In this document: positions 48,213-56,867 of the stretch, one piece after another
How the letters are laid out: each line of letters starts with the position of its first letter
Position numbering within the stretch: position 1 is the first letter of the stretch
Assembly: GCA_964451435.1 (NCBI GenBank)
Contig: CAYVHW010000001.1
Coordinates: 740-64,739 of the forward strand
Source of the DNA: an uncultured Nitrososphaeria archaeon
Lineage (GTDB): Archaea; Thermoproteota; Nitrososphaeria_A; Caldarchaeales; Wolframiiraptoraceae
Direction: 5' to 3'
Length of the DNA stretch: 64,000 nucleotides
Notes under the pieces: model-generated
The model's database searches: none
Told to the model about the DNA's origin: nothing
What the model saw: the letters and a program-made list of their open reading frames with translations, nothing else
Made by a program: the position numbers and the translations under genes

Positions 48213-48701
48213 TTGAGGAGAACTCTCCTAATTGATGCGGAAAAGTGTACTGGTTGTAGACTCTGCGAACTGGTCTGCTCATTTCAACATTACAAGGTCT
48301 TTAATCCAAGGAGGTCTAGGATAACGGTGATAAGGGATGAGGAGAAGGGAGTATTCATTCCGATGACATGCTTTCAATGCGAAGATCCCCCATGCATGAA
48401 GACCTGTCCAACCCACGCGATCTATAGGGATGAGAATGGAGCGATTAGAATAGATTATGAGAAGTGTATAGGCTGTAAACTCTGCATAATGTATTGCCCA
48501 TTCGGCGGAATCTCGATAGATCCCGTCACCATGAAGGTGATAAAATGCGATCTATGCGGGGGAGATCCAGAGTGTGTGAAGTATTGTCCGAAGGGAGCCA
48601 TACAGTATGTTAGGGTGGATGAGGTTGGGGTCAAGAAGAGGATCGAGGGTGCCAAGAAGATTCATGAGAGGATTAAGGTGATCATGGGAGGTGAATCCTA
48701 G
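48213..48701 (+). CDS. 4x[4Fe-4S] polyferredoxin-like small subunit (AOR partner, WOR5/YdhY/AorA-like)
   Basis: 162 aa with four CxxCxxCxxxCP-type motifs (CTGCRLCELVC, CFQCEDPPCMKTCP, CIGCKLCIMYCP, CDLCGGDPECVKYCP). TTG start. Confidence 0.8.
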   Translation: MRRTLLIDAEKCTGCRLCELVCSFQHYKVFNPRRSRITVIRDEEKGVFIPMTCFQCEDPPCMKTCPTHAIYRDENGAIRIDYEKCIGCKLCIMYCPFGGISIDPVTMKVIKCDLCGGDPECVKYCPKGAIQYVRVDEVGVKKRIEGAKKIHERIKVIMGGES

Positions 48702-48703
48702 AG

Positions 48704-50638
48704 ATGTATAAGGGGTATGCGGGGAGAATACTCCGCGTAGACCTAACGTCTAGAAATGTCAAGGTGGAGCCGCTGCCGGATGGATTGGCGTTAAACTATC
48801 TGGGCGGGACGGGATTCGCCGCTAGAATCCTCTGGGATGAAGTGAACGCTGAAACAGATCCACTAAGCCCGGAGAACGTCTTGATAATAGCGACAGGGCC
48901 CGTGAATGGAACGGCCTTCCCACCATCCGGGAGATATATGATGGCCTCAAAGTCTCCCTTGACGGGTATCTGGAGCGAGTCCCACGTCGGAGGCCACCTT
49001 GGACCAGAGCTGAAGTACGCGGGCTACGATATGATACTCGTGAAAGGTAGAAGCTCTGAACCAGTATACCTGATGATCGATGATGATAGGGTTGAGGTTA
49101 GGGATGCCAAGAACATCTGGGGTAAGGATACGAGGGAGACCGTGAAGACCCTATGGGATGAGCTTGGAGATAGATCGTTTAAGATCGCATGTATAGGGCC
49201 TGCCGGCGAAAACATGGTCAAGATCTCCTCGGTTATCTCGGAGATGGGGAGGGCGGCTGCCAGAACAGGTATAGGAGCGGTCTGGGGTAGTAAAAGGCTT
49301 AAGGCCATAGCGGTCAGAGGGTCGAAGGACATCGAGGTGGCTGATCCCGATGGATTCATGCAGCTCGTTAAGGAGTCGATCCGAATGTGCACCGAGGAGT
49401 TCTTCGGGAAGGCGGCTCAAGACACGCTTGGAAAGTATGGGACTCCATGCTTGGTCGAGATGCTCAACTCGATTGGAAGGCTTCCGACAAAGAACCATTG
49501 GACAGGTGTCTTCGATAAGGCCAACCTAATTGGCGGAGAGGCCGTAAGGAGCAGGTATAGGTTTGCTCAAGTGCCATGCTTGGCCTGCGTGATCCAATGC
49601 GGATATATATCATATATTCGAGAGGGAAGATATGCTGGGACGATCACAAAGGGGCCTGAGTATGAGTCGATCTTTGCCCTCGGATCAAATTGTCTTGTCC
49701 CGGATATCGAGGCCATAATCCACATGAACATGCTCTGCAACCTCTATGGGCTCGACACGATCTCGACTGGGAAGACTCTTTCATGGGCGATGGAATGCTA
49801 TGAGCATGGACTCCTGACGAAGGATGATCTAGATGGGATGGAGCTTAGGTGGGGGGATCTAGAGGCCATGATAAAGCTGATAGAGAAGATCGCGAGGAGG
49901 GAGGGGGTTGGAGACATCTTGGCCGAGGGTGCTAAGAGGGCTTCGGAGAAGATTGGGAGGGGAACCGAGAAATACGTGATCCACATCAAGGGGATGGAGG
50001 TCTCAGGCCAAGATCCAAGAGCGCATAAATCCGCAGGCTTATCCCTCGCGATAGCGGTTAGAGGTGCAGATCATCTAAGAGCATTATCTTCAATAGAGGA
50101 GCTTGGATTCACCCAGATAGTCACCGATCGATATGGTGAGGATAAGGTCGAGGCGTTGAGCGATAGGCTTAGCGAGGAGTATAAGGGCTTCTTGATAAAG
50201 GATCTCGAAGACTTATACGCGATAACAGACTCCCTAATCGTGTGCAAGTATGGGACCATGTGGCCTCCAATCTACTACTTCGATCACTTCGCGAAGCTCA
50301 TACCACTCCTAACAGGGATGAAGGAGTACGGTGATGTGAGCTATGTTAGGCTCGTGGCCGAGAGGATATCGAATCTTAGGAGGTGTTTCAACGTGAGGGA
50401 GGGGATAACGAGAAGGGATGAGAACCTGCCCAAGAGATTTACCGAGGAGCCCATGCCCCATGGACCAGCGAAGGGCCATGTCTGCAACCTTGAACCAATG
50501 CTCCGAGAATACTATCAATATAGGAGGTGGGATTATGAGACGGGTCTACCATATAGGGAGACGTTGGAGGAACTCGGCCTGAAGGATGTCGCGGATGAGC
50601 TTGAGGCCATGGGGAGGATTAAGAGGAGGGAGGGCTAA
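48704..50638 (+). CDS. aldehyde:ferredoxin oxidoreductase family tungsto(molybdo)pterin enzyme, paralogue 1
   Basis: 644 aa. The N-terminus (MYKGYAGRILRVDLTS) and the CLACVIQC motif (C-x2-C-x3-C) match the AOR family, with AFOR_N/AFOR_C architecture. Confidence 0.85.
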   Translation: MYKGYAGRILRVDLTSRNVKVEPLPDGLALNYLGGTGFAARILWDEVNAETDPLSPENVLIIATGPVNGTAFPPSGRYMMASKSPLTGIWSESHVGGHLGPELKYAGYDMILVKGRSSEPVYLMIDDDRVEVRDAKNIWGKDTRETVKTLWDELGDRSFKIACIGPAGENMVKISSVISEMGRAAARTGIGAVWGSKRLKAIAVRGSKDIEVADPDGFMQLVKESIRMCTEEFFGKAAQDTLGKYGTPCLVEMLNSIGRLPTKNHWTGVFDKANLIGGEAVRSRYRFAQVPCLACVIQCGYISYIREGRYAGTITKGPEYESIFALGSNCLVPDIEAIIHMNMLCNLYGLDTISTGKTLSWAMECYEHGLLTKDDLDGMELRWGDLEAMIKLIEKIARREGVGDILAEGAKRASEKIGRGTEKYVIHIKGMEVSGQDPRAHKSAGLSLAIAVRGADHLRALSSIEELGFTQIVTDRYGEDKVEALSDRLSEEYKGFLIKDLEDLYAITDSLIVCKYGTMWPPIYYFDHFAKLIPLLTGMKEYGDVSYVRLVAERISNLRRCFNVREGITRRDENLPKRFTEEPMPHGPAKGHVCNLEPMLREYYQYRRWDYETGLPYRETLEELGLKDVADELEAMGRIKRREG

Positions 50639-51799
50639 ATGGTGGACATATCGGTTGAGATCGCCGGAATAAAGCTCAGAAACCCCGTCCTAACGGCGGC
50701 TGGCCCACCATCGAGGGATGCTGAGGCGTTGATCAAGGCGGCTGAGGGCGGTGCAGGTGGATTGGTCGCCAAGACTATAAGCTTGAAGCCCGCCGAAGTC
50801 CCCAGACCATGCCTATCGGTCGTGAATCGAGAATACTCGGTGAGAATCCCGGGATTCAAGACCTATACCACATGTGGGTTTCTGAACGTGGAGCTTTGGT
50901 CGGATATGCCATATCAGAGGTGGGTTGAGCGCGAGTATGCTCTTGTGAAGGAGAAGACGGGATTACCATTGATAGCCAGCATAGGATATACTCCGGAGGA
51001 GGTCTCGAAGCTTGGGAGGCTCGTTGAGAAGGCTGGGGTTGATGGGATAGAGTTCTCAACCCATTACATAGGATTCGATCCAAAGCCAATTAGAGAGGTC
51101 GCTAAAGCCCTTAGAGAATCCGTTGAGATCCCCATCTTCGCCAAGCTCAGCCCACATCTCCCAGACATAACCCCATTCGCAAAGGCGGTCGAGCCATACG
51201 TGGACGGCATAGTCGCGATAAACACCTATGGCCCAACCCTCCACATAGATATAGAGACTGGGAAACCGCTGCTCGGGGGGAAGAATGGATATGGATGGCT
51301 ATCGGGGCCGGCTCTAAAACCAATAGCCGTCAGATATATCGCCGATATAGCTAGAGCGGTTAAGGTTCCAGTCATAGGCGTCGGGGGGATAATGTCTGGA
51401 AAGGATGCAGTCGAGCACATAATGGCGGGAGCATCCGCGGTCGAGATATGTACTGGAGCGATCCTAGAGGGGCCGGGGATCTATGGGAGGGTTGCACATG
51501 AGATCGAGGAGTTCCTAAAGACCCATGGATACGACTCGATCGAGGACATAAAGGGTATGGCCTTGAAATGGCTCCCCGAGAAACCGTTAAGAACCACACC
51601 TCTACCGCCTAAGGTCGATCCAGAGAAATGCACGGGCTGTAGAATATGTGAGAGGGCATGCATCTATGAGGCGGTAGAGATGGTTAAGGATCCGAAGACT
51701 GGGAAGCTGATCGCGAGGACGATCGAGGAGAAATGCTATGGATGCGGGCTCTGCGTGAGTATATGCCCGACGAGGGCGAGATACTTCGAGGAGGAATGA
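50639..51799 (+). CDS. PreA-type dihydropyrimidine dehydrogenase homologue (DHODH/DPD FMN barrel + C-terminal 2x[4Fe-4S] ferredoxin domain)
   Basis: 386 aa with a PyrD-like TIM barrel (GFLNVEL...IGVGGI...). The C-terminus carries CTGCRICERAC...CYGCGLCVSICP. Its ATG overlaps the AOR1 stop (TAAATG). Confidence 0.7.
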   Translation: MVDISVEIAGIKLRNPVLTAAGPPSRDAEALIKAAEGGAGGLVAKTISLKPAEVPRPCLSVVNREYSVRIPGFKTYTTCGFLNVELWSDMPYQRWVEREYALVKEKTGLPLIASIGYTPEEVSKLGRLVEKAGVDGIEFSTHYIGFDPKPIREVAKALRESVEIPIFAKLSPHLPDITPFAKAVEPYVDGIVAINTYGPTLHIDIETGKPLLGGKNGYGWLSGPALKPIAVRYIADIARAVKVPVIGVGGIMSGKDAVEHIMAGASAVEICTGAILEGPGIYGRVAHEIEEFLKTHGYDSIEDIKGMALKWLPEKPLRTTPLPPKVDPEKCTGCRICERACIYEAVEMVKDPKTGKLIARTIEEKCYGCGLCVSICPTRARYFEEE

Positions 51800-51802
51800 G
51801 AT

Positions 51803-52324
51803 TTGAAGCTCCTCATAATAGACTATGATCTATGCTCCGGTTGCAGGGTCTGCGAGCTCATATGCTCCATGGAGCACGCGGGGGTCTTTAAGCCATCGAT
51901 CTCAAGGATAAGGGTCGTGAAGAACGATAAGCTGAGCATAGACGTGCCTCTAGTCTGCATCCAATGCGAGAGCCCGGCATGTGTGAATATCTGTCCAGCC
52001 AAGGCATTGAGCAGGGATGAGGAGACCGGGATAGTGAGGCTGAACCCAGATAAATGCATCGGCTGCAACCTCTGCATATTGAAGTGCCCATATCATGGAG
52101 TCTTCAAGACCCCCGATGGAGTCGTCGTGAAGTGCGATCTATGTGGAGGAGATCCGAGATGCGTCAAATACTGCCCAACCGGAGCCTTACAATATGTTGA
52201 AGAGTCGCCCGAGACTAAGGCCAAGAGGGAGAAATCCAGGGAAAAGCTCCTAAAACTTCTCAAAGAATATGAGTTGGAGAAGCCCGCCTTGAGGATCGCG
52301 AGGGTTGGAGGGAGTGGGGCTTGA
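51803..52324 (+). CDS. 4x[4Fe-4S] polyferredoxin-like small subunit, paralogue 2
   Basis: 173 aa with four Cys motifs collinear with the 48213 protein. TTG start 3 nt after the PreA stop. Confidence 0.8.
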   Translation: MKLLIIDYDLCSGCRVCELICSMEHAGVFKPSISRIRVVKNDKLSIDVPLVCIQCESPACVNICPAKALSRDEETGIVRLNPDKCIGCNLCILKCPYHGVFKTPDGVVVKCDLCGGDPRCVKYCPTGALQYVEESPETKAKREKSREKLLKLLKEYELEKPALRIARVGGSGA

Positions 52325-54234
52325 AGTATAAGGGATATGTCGGCAGATATGCTTTAATCGATCTGACGAGGCAGTCGATCCATATCGAGCCATTAGATGA
52401 GGGGCTTGCGAGAAACTATATCGGTGGAAGCGGTTTCGCCGCCAGAATCCTCTATGACATGCTCAGACCCGGGATAGATCCATTGAGCCCTGAAAATGTG
52501 GTGGTTATCGCGACAGGCCCATTGACCGGAACCCTATGGCCCACCACTGGGAGATATATGATGGCCTCGAAGTCCCCGTTGACTGGGATCTGGGGTGAGA
52601 GCCATGCTGGAGGACACTTCGGCCCAGAGCTCAAGTATGCTGGATTCGATTATCTCGTGATAACTGGTAGGAGTGAGAGGCCGACCTACATCTACATCGA
52701 TAATGGGAGGATCGAGCTTAGGAGGGCTGAACATCTATGGGGGTTAAACGTCCACGAGGCGACGGACGCCATTAAGGAGGAGACCGATCCAAACGCGCAC
52801 GTGGCATGCATAGGTCAGGCGGGAGAAAACCTAGTTAGGTTTGCCTCGGTGATAAGCGACTATCATAGAGCTCATGGGAGGACAGGTGTGGGAGCTGTTT
52901 GGGGCAGTAAGAGACTCAAGGCCATAGCCGTTAGAGGGGATGGGGAGGTTGAGGTCGCGGACCTGGAAAAGTTCATGGAGCTCGTCGAGGATGCTCATGA
53001 AAGGGTTCTAAAGCATCCACAAGCTAGAGACCTCGCAAAGTATGGAACACCGTTGCTGGTTGGGTATAAGCAGTCGATAGGAGAGTTCCCTACAAAGAAC
53101 CATTGGACGGGAGTCTTCGATGGTGCGAAGGAGCTCATGGCCGAGGTGTTGAAGGAGAGGTTTTGGGTGAGGGATAGAGCTTGCTTCTCATGCAGAGTTC
53201 AATGCAAGAAGGTATACACAGTTAAGGAGGGAAGATATGCTGGAATAGTATCCGAGGGGCCTGAATACGAGGGAATATACTCATTTGGATCAAATCTGGG
53301 AAACTCCGACTTCCCATCGATCTTCTACGCAAACTACCTCTGCAACAATTATGGATTAGACGCTATATCGACTGGATGCGTGATCGCCTTCCTAACCGAG
53401 TGCGTTGAGCGTGGGATAGTCGGTAGGGATGAGGTTGATGGCCTCGATCTCAAATGGGGAAATCATGAGGCGTTCATCGAGCTAATCCACAAGATAGCGA
53501 AACGTGAGGGTATAGGAGATCTCTTGGCCGAGGGGGTTAAGAGGGCGTCTGAGAAGATTGGGAGAGGCTCAGAATACTACGCGATCCACGTAAAGGGATT
53601 AGAGGTCTCAGGCCAAGATGGGAGAACCCATAGATCGATAGGATTGAGCCACGCAGTCGCCAGCAGGGGCGCAGACCATCTAAGAGGGCTCGTCACCGTC
53701 GACCAGCTTGGATATGAGGAGATAGCGGCGAAGAGGTGGGGTAGGGATAAGCTCCCAGACATATGCAACCCATATAGTGAGAAGTGGAAGGCCTTAGCGG
53801 TCAAGACGACCGAGGATGTCTACGCGGTGAGGGATCTATTGATAGTATGCTGGTATACGGTCTCATGGCCTCCGATCTACTGGATCGAGGACTTCGCCAA
53901 GATACTTCCAGCCGCGACCGGAGAGGAGGCATTTGGAAGGGTTGAGGAGCTCTTGAAGATAGGCGAGAGGGTCGTGAATCTTGAGAGATGCTTCAACGTT
54001 AGGGAGGGGATAACGAGGAAAGACGACAGGCTTCCGAGGAGATTCATCGAAGAACCCATGCCCGAGGGGCCTGGAAAAGGTCAAACCGTCAATCTCGACT
54101 TAATGCTGGATGAATACTATGATTTGAGGGGATGGGATAGGAAGACCGGGATACCGAGGAAGGAAACCCTTGAGAGGCTTGGGCTTATCGAGGAAATCGA
54201 GGACTTGAGGAGGATGGGAAGGCTTCCAGAGTAG
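52321..54234 (+). CDS. AOR family tungsto(molybdo)pterin oxidoreductase, paralogue 2
   Basis: 637 aa. MKYKGYVGRY..., CFSCRVQC. Closely paralogous to AOR1. TTG start with a 4-nt overlap. Confidence 0.85.
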   Translation: MKYKGYVGRYALIDLTRQSIHIEPLDEGLARNYIGGSGFAARILYDMLRPGIDPLSPENVVVIATGPLTGTLWPTTGRYMMASKSPLTGIWGESHAGGHFGPELKYAGFDYLVITGRSERPTYIYIDNGRIELRRAEHLWGLNVHEATDAIKEETDPNAHVACIGQAGENLVRFASVISDYHRAHGRTGVGAVWGSKRLKAIAVRGDGEVEVADLEKFMELVEDAHERVLKHPQARDLAKYGTPLLVGYKQSIGEFPTKNHWTGVFDGAKELMAEVLKERFWVRDRACFSCRVQCKKVYTVKEGRYAGIVSEGPEYEGIYSFGSNLGNSDFPSIFYANYLCNNYGLDAISTGCVIAFLTECVERGIVGRDEVDGLDLKWGNHEAFIELIHKIAKREGIGDLLAEGVKRASEKIGRGSEYYAIHVKGLEVSGQDGRTHRSIGLSHAVASRGADHLRGLVTVDQLGYEEIAAKRWGRDKLPDICNPYSEKWKALAVKTTEDVYAVRDLLIVCWYTVSWPPIYWIEDFAKILPAATGEEAFGRVEELLKIGERVVNLERCFNVREGITRKDDRLPRRFIEEPMPEGPGKGQTVNLDLMLDEYYDLRGWDRKTGIPRKETLERLGLIEEIEDLRRMGRLPE

Positions 54235-54242
54235 GGTGAGCC

Positions 54243-55586
54243 ATGGCCTCTAAGACCATCTTGATCAAGGGTGGAACCCTGGTCACCATGAATAGGGAGA
54301 GGAGGATAATCAAGGATGGAGCCATATTGGTCGAGGATGGAAGGATAACGTCTATCGGAAAGGCGGATGAGTTTGGGGGAGAGAAGGCTGATAGAGTAAT
54401 AGATGCATCGGGAAAATACATCTTTCCAGGATTCATAAACTGCCACACCCACATGTTCCAAGTCCTCCTAAGAGATGTGGCCATGGACATGGTCCTCCTA
54501 GACTGGCTCAAGACCTCGATCTGGCCGAGTATAAGACATCTGAGGGAGGAAGACATCTACATAGCTGCGAAGCTCGGGATAGTCGAGAACATCAGATCTG
54601 GGGTGACGTGCATAGTCGATAACCAATATCCTAGAAACTATGAGCCGTCGATAAGGGCTATGCACGAGTCTGGGATAAGAGGAGTTCTAGCATGTGGATA
54701 CTATGAGATCAACGTCCCAGAGGATTTGAGGATGGATGCGGATAAAGCCCTAAAGATGTGCGAGGAGATGATCAGGAGATGGCATGGGAGGGATGAGGGG
54801 AGGTTGAGGGTGTGTCCGGCTCCGATGCATCCATGCTTCGCCTCAAAGGAACTCCTACTGAAGTCCAAGGAGCTCGCGGACAAGTATCAGACATATCTAC
54901 ACGTGCATACGGCTGAGAGCGTGAAGGATGTCGAGCTACTTAAGCAGATGACCGGGAAGACCGATGTAGAATACCTCCATGAGCTTGGAATACTCGATGA
55001 GAGATTTCACGCGGTCCACGCGGTTCAGGTATCGCCGGAGGAGATGAGATTATTCGCATCGGCTCACGCGAACATAATCCACAACCCAATCAGCAACGCA
55101 TACACCGGAGCTGGAGTCGCCCCAATTCCAGAATATCTAAGACTTGGATGTAACGTCGCCCTCGGGACGGATGGCCCAGCCAGCGGAGGGAATCACGACT
55201 TCCTCCAATCCATGAAGTTCACGGCCTTAATCCATAAGGGGTTTAAGAGAGATCCAACTGTTATGAAGGTCTCGGAGATATTGGAGATGGCGACCATAAA
55301 CGGGGCCAAGGCTCTTGGAATGGATGGTGAGATAGGATCTCTTGAGGCTGGGAAGAGGGCGGACCTAATAATATTGGATCTCCATAAGCCTCACACCGTA
55401 TACGTCCATGACCCGATCGCAAATCTAGTATATGCTGCGACGAGCGAGAACATCGAGACCGTCATAGTCGATGGCGAGATCTTGATGGAGGATAGGAGGA
55501 TAACCTACATCGATGAGGAGGAGGTCATGGCTGAGGCCTCAAAGGTTGCGGAGAGGTTGATGGAAAAGTTTTCAAGGCGTGGCTAA
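54243..55586 (+). CDS. COG0402 amidohydrolase (SsnA/cytosine-guanine deaminase/MtaD-like), paralogue 1
   Basis: 447 aa with an Amidohydro_1 metal site (INCHTHMFQ ... HVHTAE ... HAVH ... GTDG). Confidence 0.7.
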   Translation: MASKTILIKGGTLVTMNRERRIIKDGAILVEDGRITSIGKADEFGGEKADRVIDASGKYIFPGFINCHTHMFQVLLRDVAMDMVLLDWLKTSIWPSIRHLREEDIYIAAKLGIVENIRSGVTCIVDNQYPRNYEPSIRAMHESGIRGVLACGYYEINVPEDLRMDADKALKMCEEMIRRWHGRDEGRLRVCPAPMHPCFASKELLLKSKELADKYQTYLHVHTAESVKDVELLKQMTGKTDVEYLHELGILDERFHAVHAVQVSPEEMRLFASAHANIIHNPISNAYTGAGVAPIPEYLRLGCNVALGTDGPASGGNHDFLQSMKFTALIHKGFKRDPTVMKVSEILEMATINGAKALGMDGEIGSLEAGKRADLIILDLHKPHTVYVHDPIANLVYAATSENIETVIVDGEILMEDRRITYIDEEEVMAEASKVAERLMEKFSRRG

Positions 55587-55605
55587 GGGAGATTGATCTG
55601 AGATA

Positions 55606-56865
55606 ATGGCGTATGTAACCCATCTAAGATGTTCGAGGTGCGGCTCCGAGTATAGGCTTGAGGATGGGAAGGTTATCTGCGATAGGGATGACCTCGGACG
55701 CCTAGACATCTACTACGACTATGAGGCGATCTCAAGAACCCTGACGAAAGAGACTCTTGAGGAGAGAAGGGGCGGAGTCTGGAGATACTTTGAACTATTA
55801 CCGGTGTCTAGGAGGTCTTCTATCGTGAGCCTCGGCGAGGGTGGGACGCCGATGATAAGATCCGAACGCCTCTCCAAGCATCTCGGCTTAAAGAACCTAT
55901 ACCTGAAGGATGAGACGAGGAATCCAACAGCCTCCTTCAAGGATAGATCTATGACCGTTGGGGTATCGAAGGCGGTGGAGCTTGGGGTTAAGAAGACCTG
56001 CACAGCTTCGAGTGGAAATGCGGCCGCAGCCCTCGCAGCATACTCGGCTAAGGCCGGGCTAGAGTGCTATGCATTCGTCTTAGAGGAGGCGTCGATCGGG
56101 AAGATCTCCCAGCTCCAACTCTATGGTGCGAAGGTGTTTAGAGTTAGGAGGGTTGAGGAGGAGGTCGATCCAACGGTCCAGCTACTCAGACTCGTAGTCA
56201 AGAATTATGGCTGGTATCCATGCCCAAGCTTCGGGCCATTCAATCCATATCAGGTTGAGGGGCCTAAGACAATATCATATGAGATCGTTGAGCAGCTTGG
56301 CTGGAGGATTCCAGACTGGATACTCATCCCAACGGGCTCTGCGTGTCTCCTAGCCGGGATCTGGAAGGGGCTTAAAGACTACTATGAATTTGGCTGGATA
56401 GATCATCTTCCAAGATTGGCGGCGATCCAGTCTACTGGAAACGCGCCGTTCGTGAGGGCGTTTAAGGAGAGGATGGATCCGATGAATATAGAGCCTTGGA
56501 GGAATCCGAGGACGGTCGCGAGCGGGTTGATGGACCCATATCCATGGGATGGAGACGCTGGCCTAATCGCCTTGAAGGAGACTGATGGTGTGGCCGAGGC
56601 CGTTCCAGACAATCTAATCCTAGAAGCTCAGAAGCTCTTAGCGTCGATGGAGGGCGTGTTTGCTGAGCCATCTGGAGCGGCTGGCTTAGCCGGGGCCATG
56701 AAGCTCTTAGAGGATGGGGTCATAGATCCGAGTGATGAGGTCGTGGTCCTCGTGACCGGCAGCGGCTTAAAGGATCCAGATATAGTTAAGAGTATGTTCG
56801 CGGAGCCTCCGACGATAGGTCCAAGCCTTGAGGAGTTTACGAGGATGCTGAGTCGATTGGGCTGA
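55606..56865 (+). CDS. threonine synthase-fold PLP enzyme (ThrC family; function in this context uncertain)
   Basis: 419 aa. The N-terminus has Cys pairs (CSRCGSEY...VICDRDD) as seen in short-form ThrC. The PLP-Lys motif is ASFKDRSM, within a fold-type II PALP domain. Confidence 0.65.
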   Translation: MAYVTHLRCSRCGSEYRLEDGKVICDRDDLGRLDIYYDYEAISRTLTKETLEERRGGVWRYFELLPVSRRSSIVSLGEGGTPMIRSERLSKHLGLKNLYLKDETRNPTASFKDRSMTVGVSKAVELGVKKTCTASSGNAAAALAAYSAKAGLECYAFVLEEASIGKISQLQLYGAKVFRVRRVEEEVDPTVQLLRLVVKNYGWYPCPSFGPFNPYQVEGPKTISYEIVEQLGWRIPDWILIPTGSACLLAGIWKGLKDYYEFGWIDHLPRLAAIQSTGNAPFVRAFKERMDPMNIEPWRNPRTVASGLMDPYPWDGDAGLIALKETDGVAEAVPDNLILEAQKLLASMEGVFAEPSGAAGLAGAMKLLEDGVIDPSDEVVVLVTGSGLKDPDIVKSMFAEPPTIGPSLEEFTRMLSRLG

Positions 56866-56867
56866 AC

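Noticed and set aside
44523-51799. Reading the transcarbamylase + cyclic amidohydrolase + PyrD-like genes as de novo pyrimidine biosynthesis (pyrB-pyrC-pyrD)
   Set aside because: The amidohydrolase has the NSFK carboxylated-Lys motif of hydantoinase/DHPases rather than type-I DHOase. The PyrD homologue has a fused 2x[4Fe-4S] domain (PreA-type) and no PyrK. No pyrI, pyrE or pyrF is present. There are two transcarbamylases, and both lack the ATCase aspartate-site motif. The possibility is not fully excluded without phylogeny.
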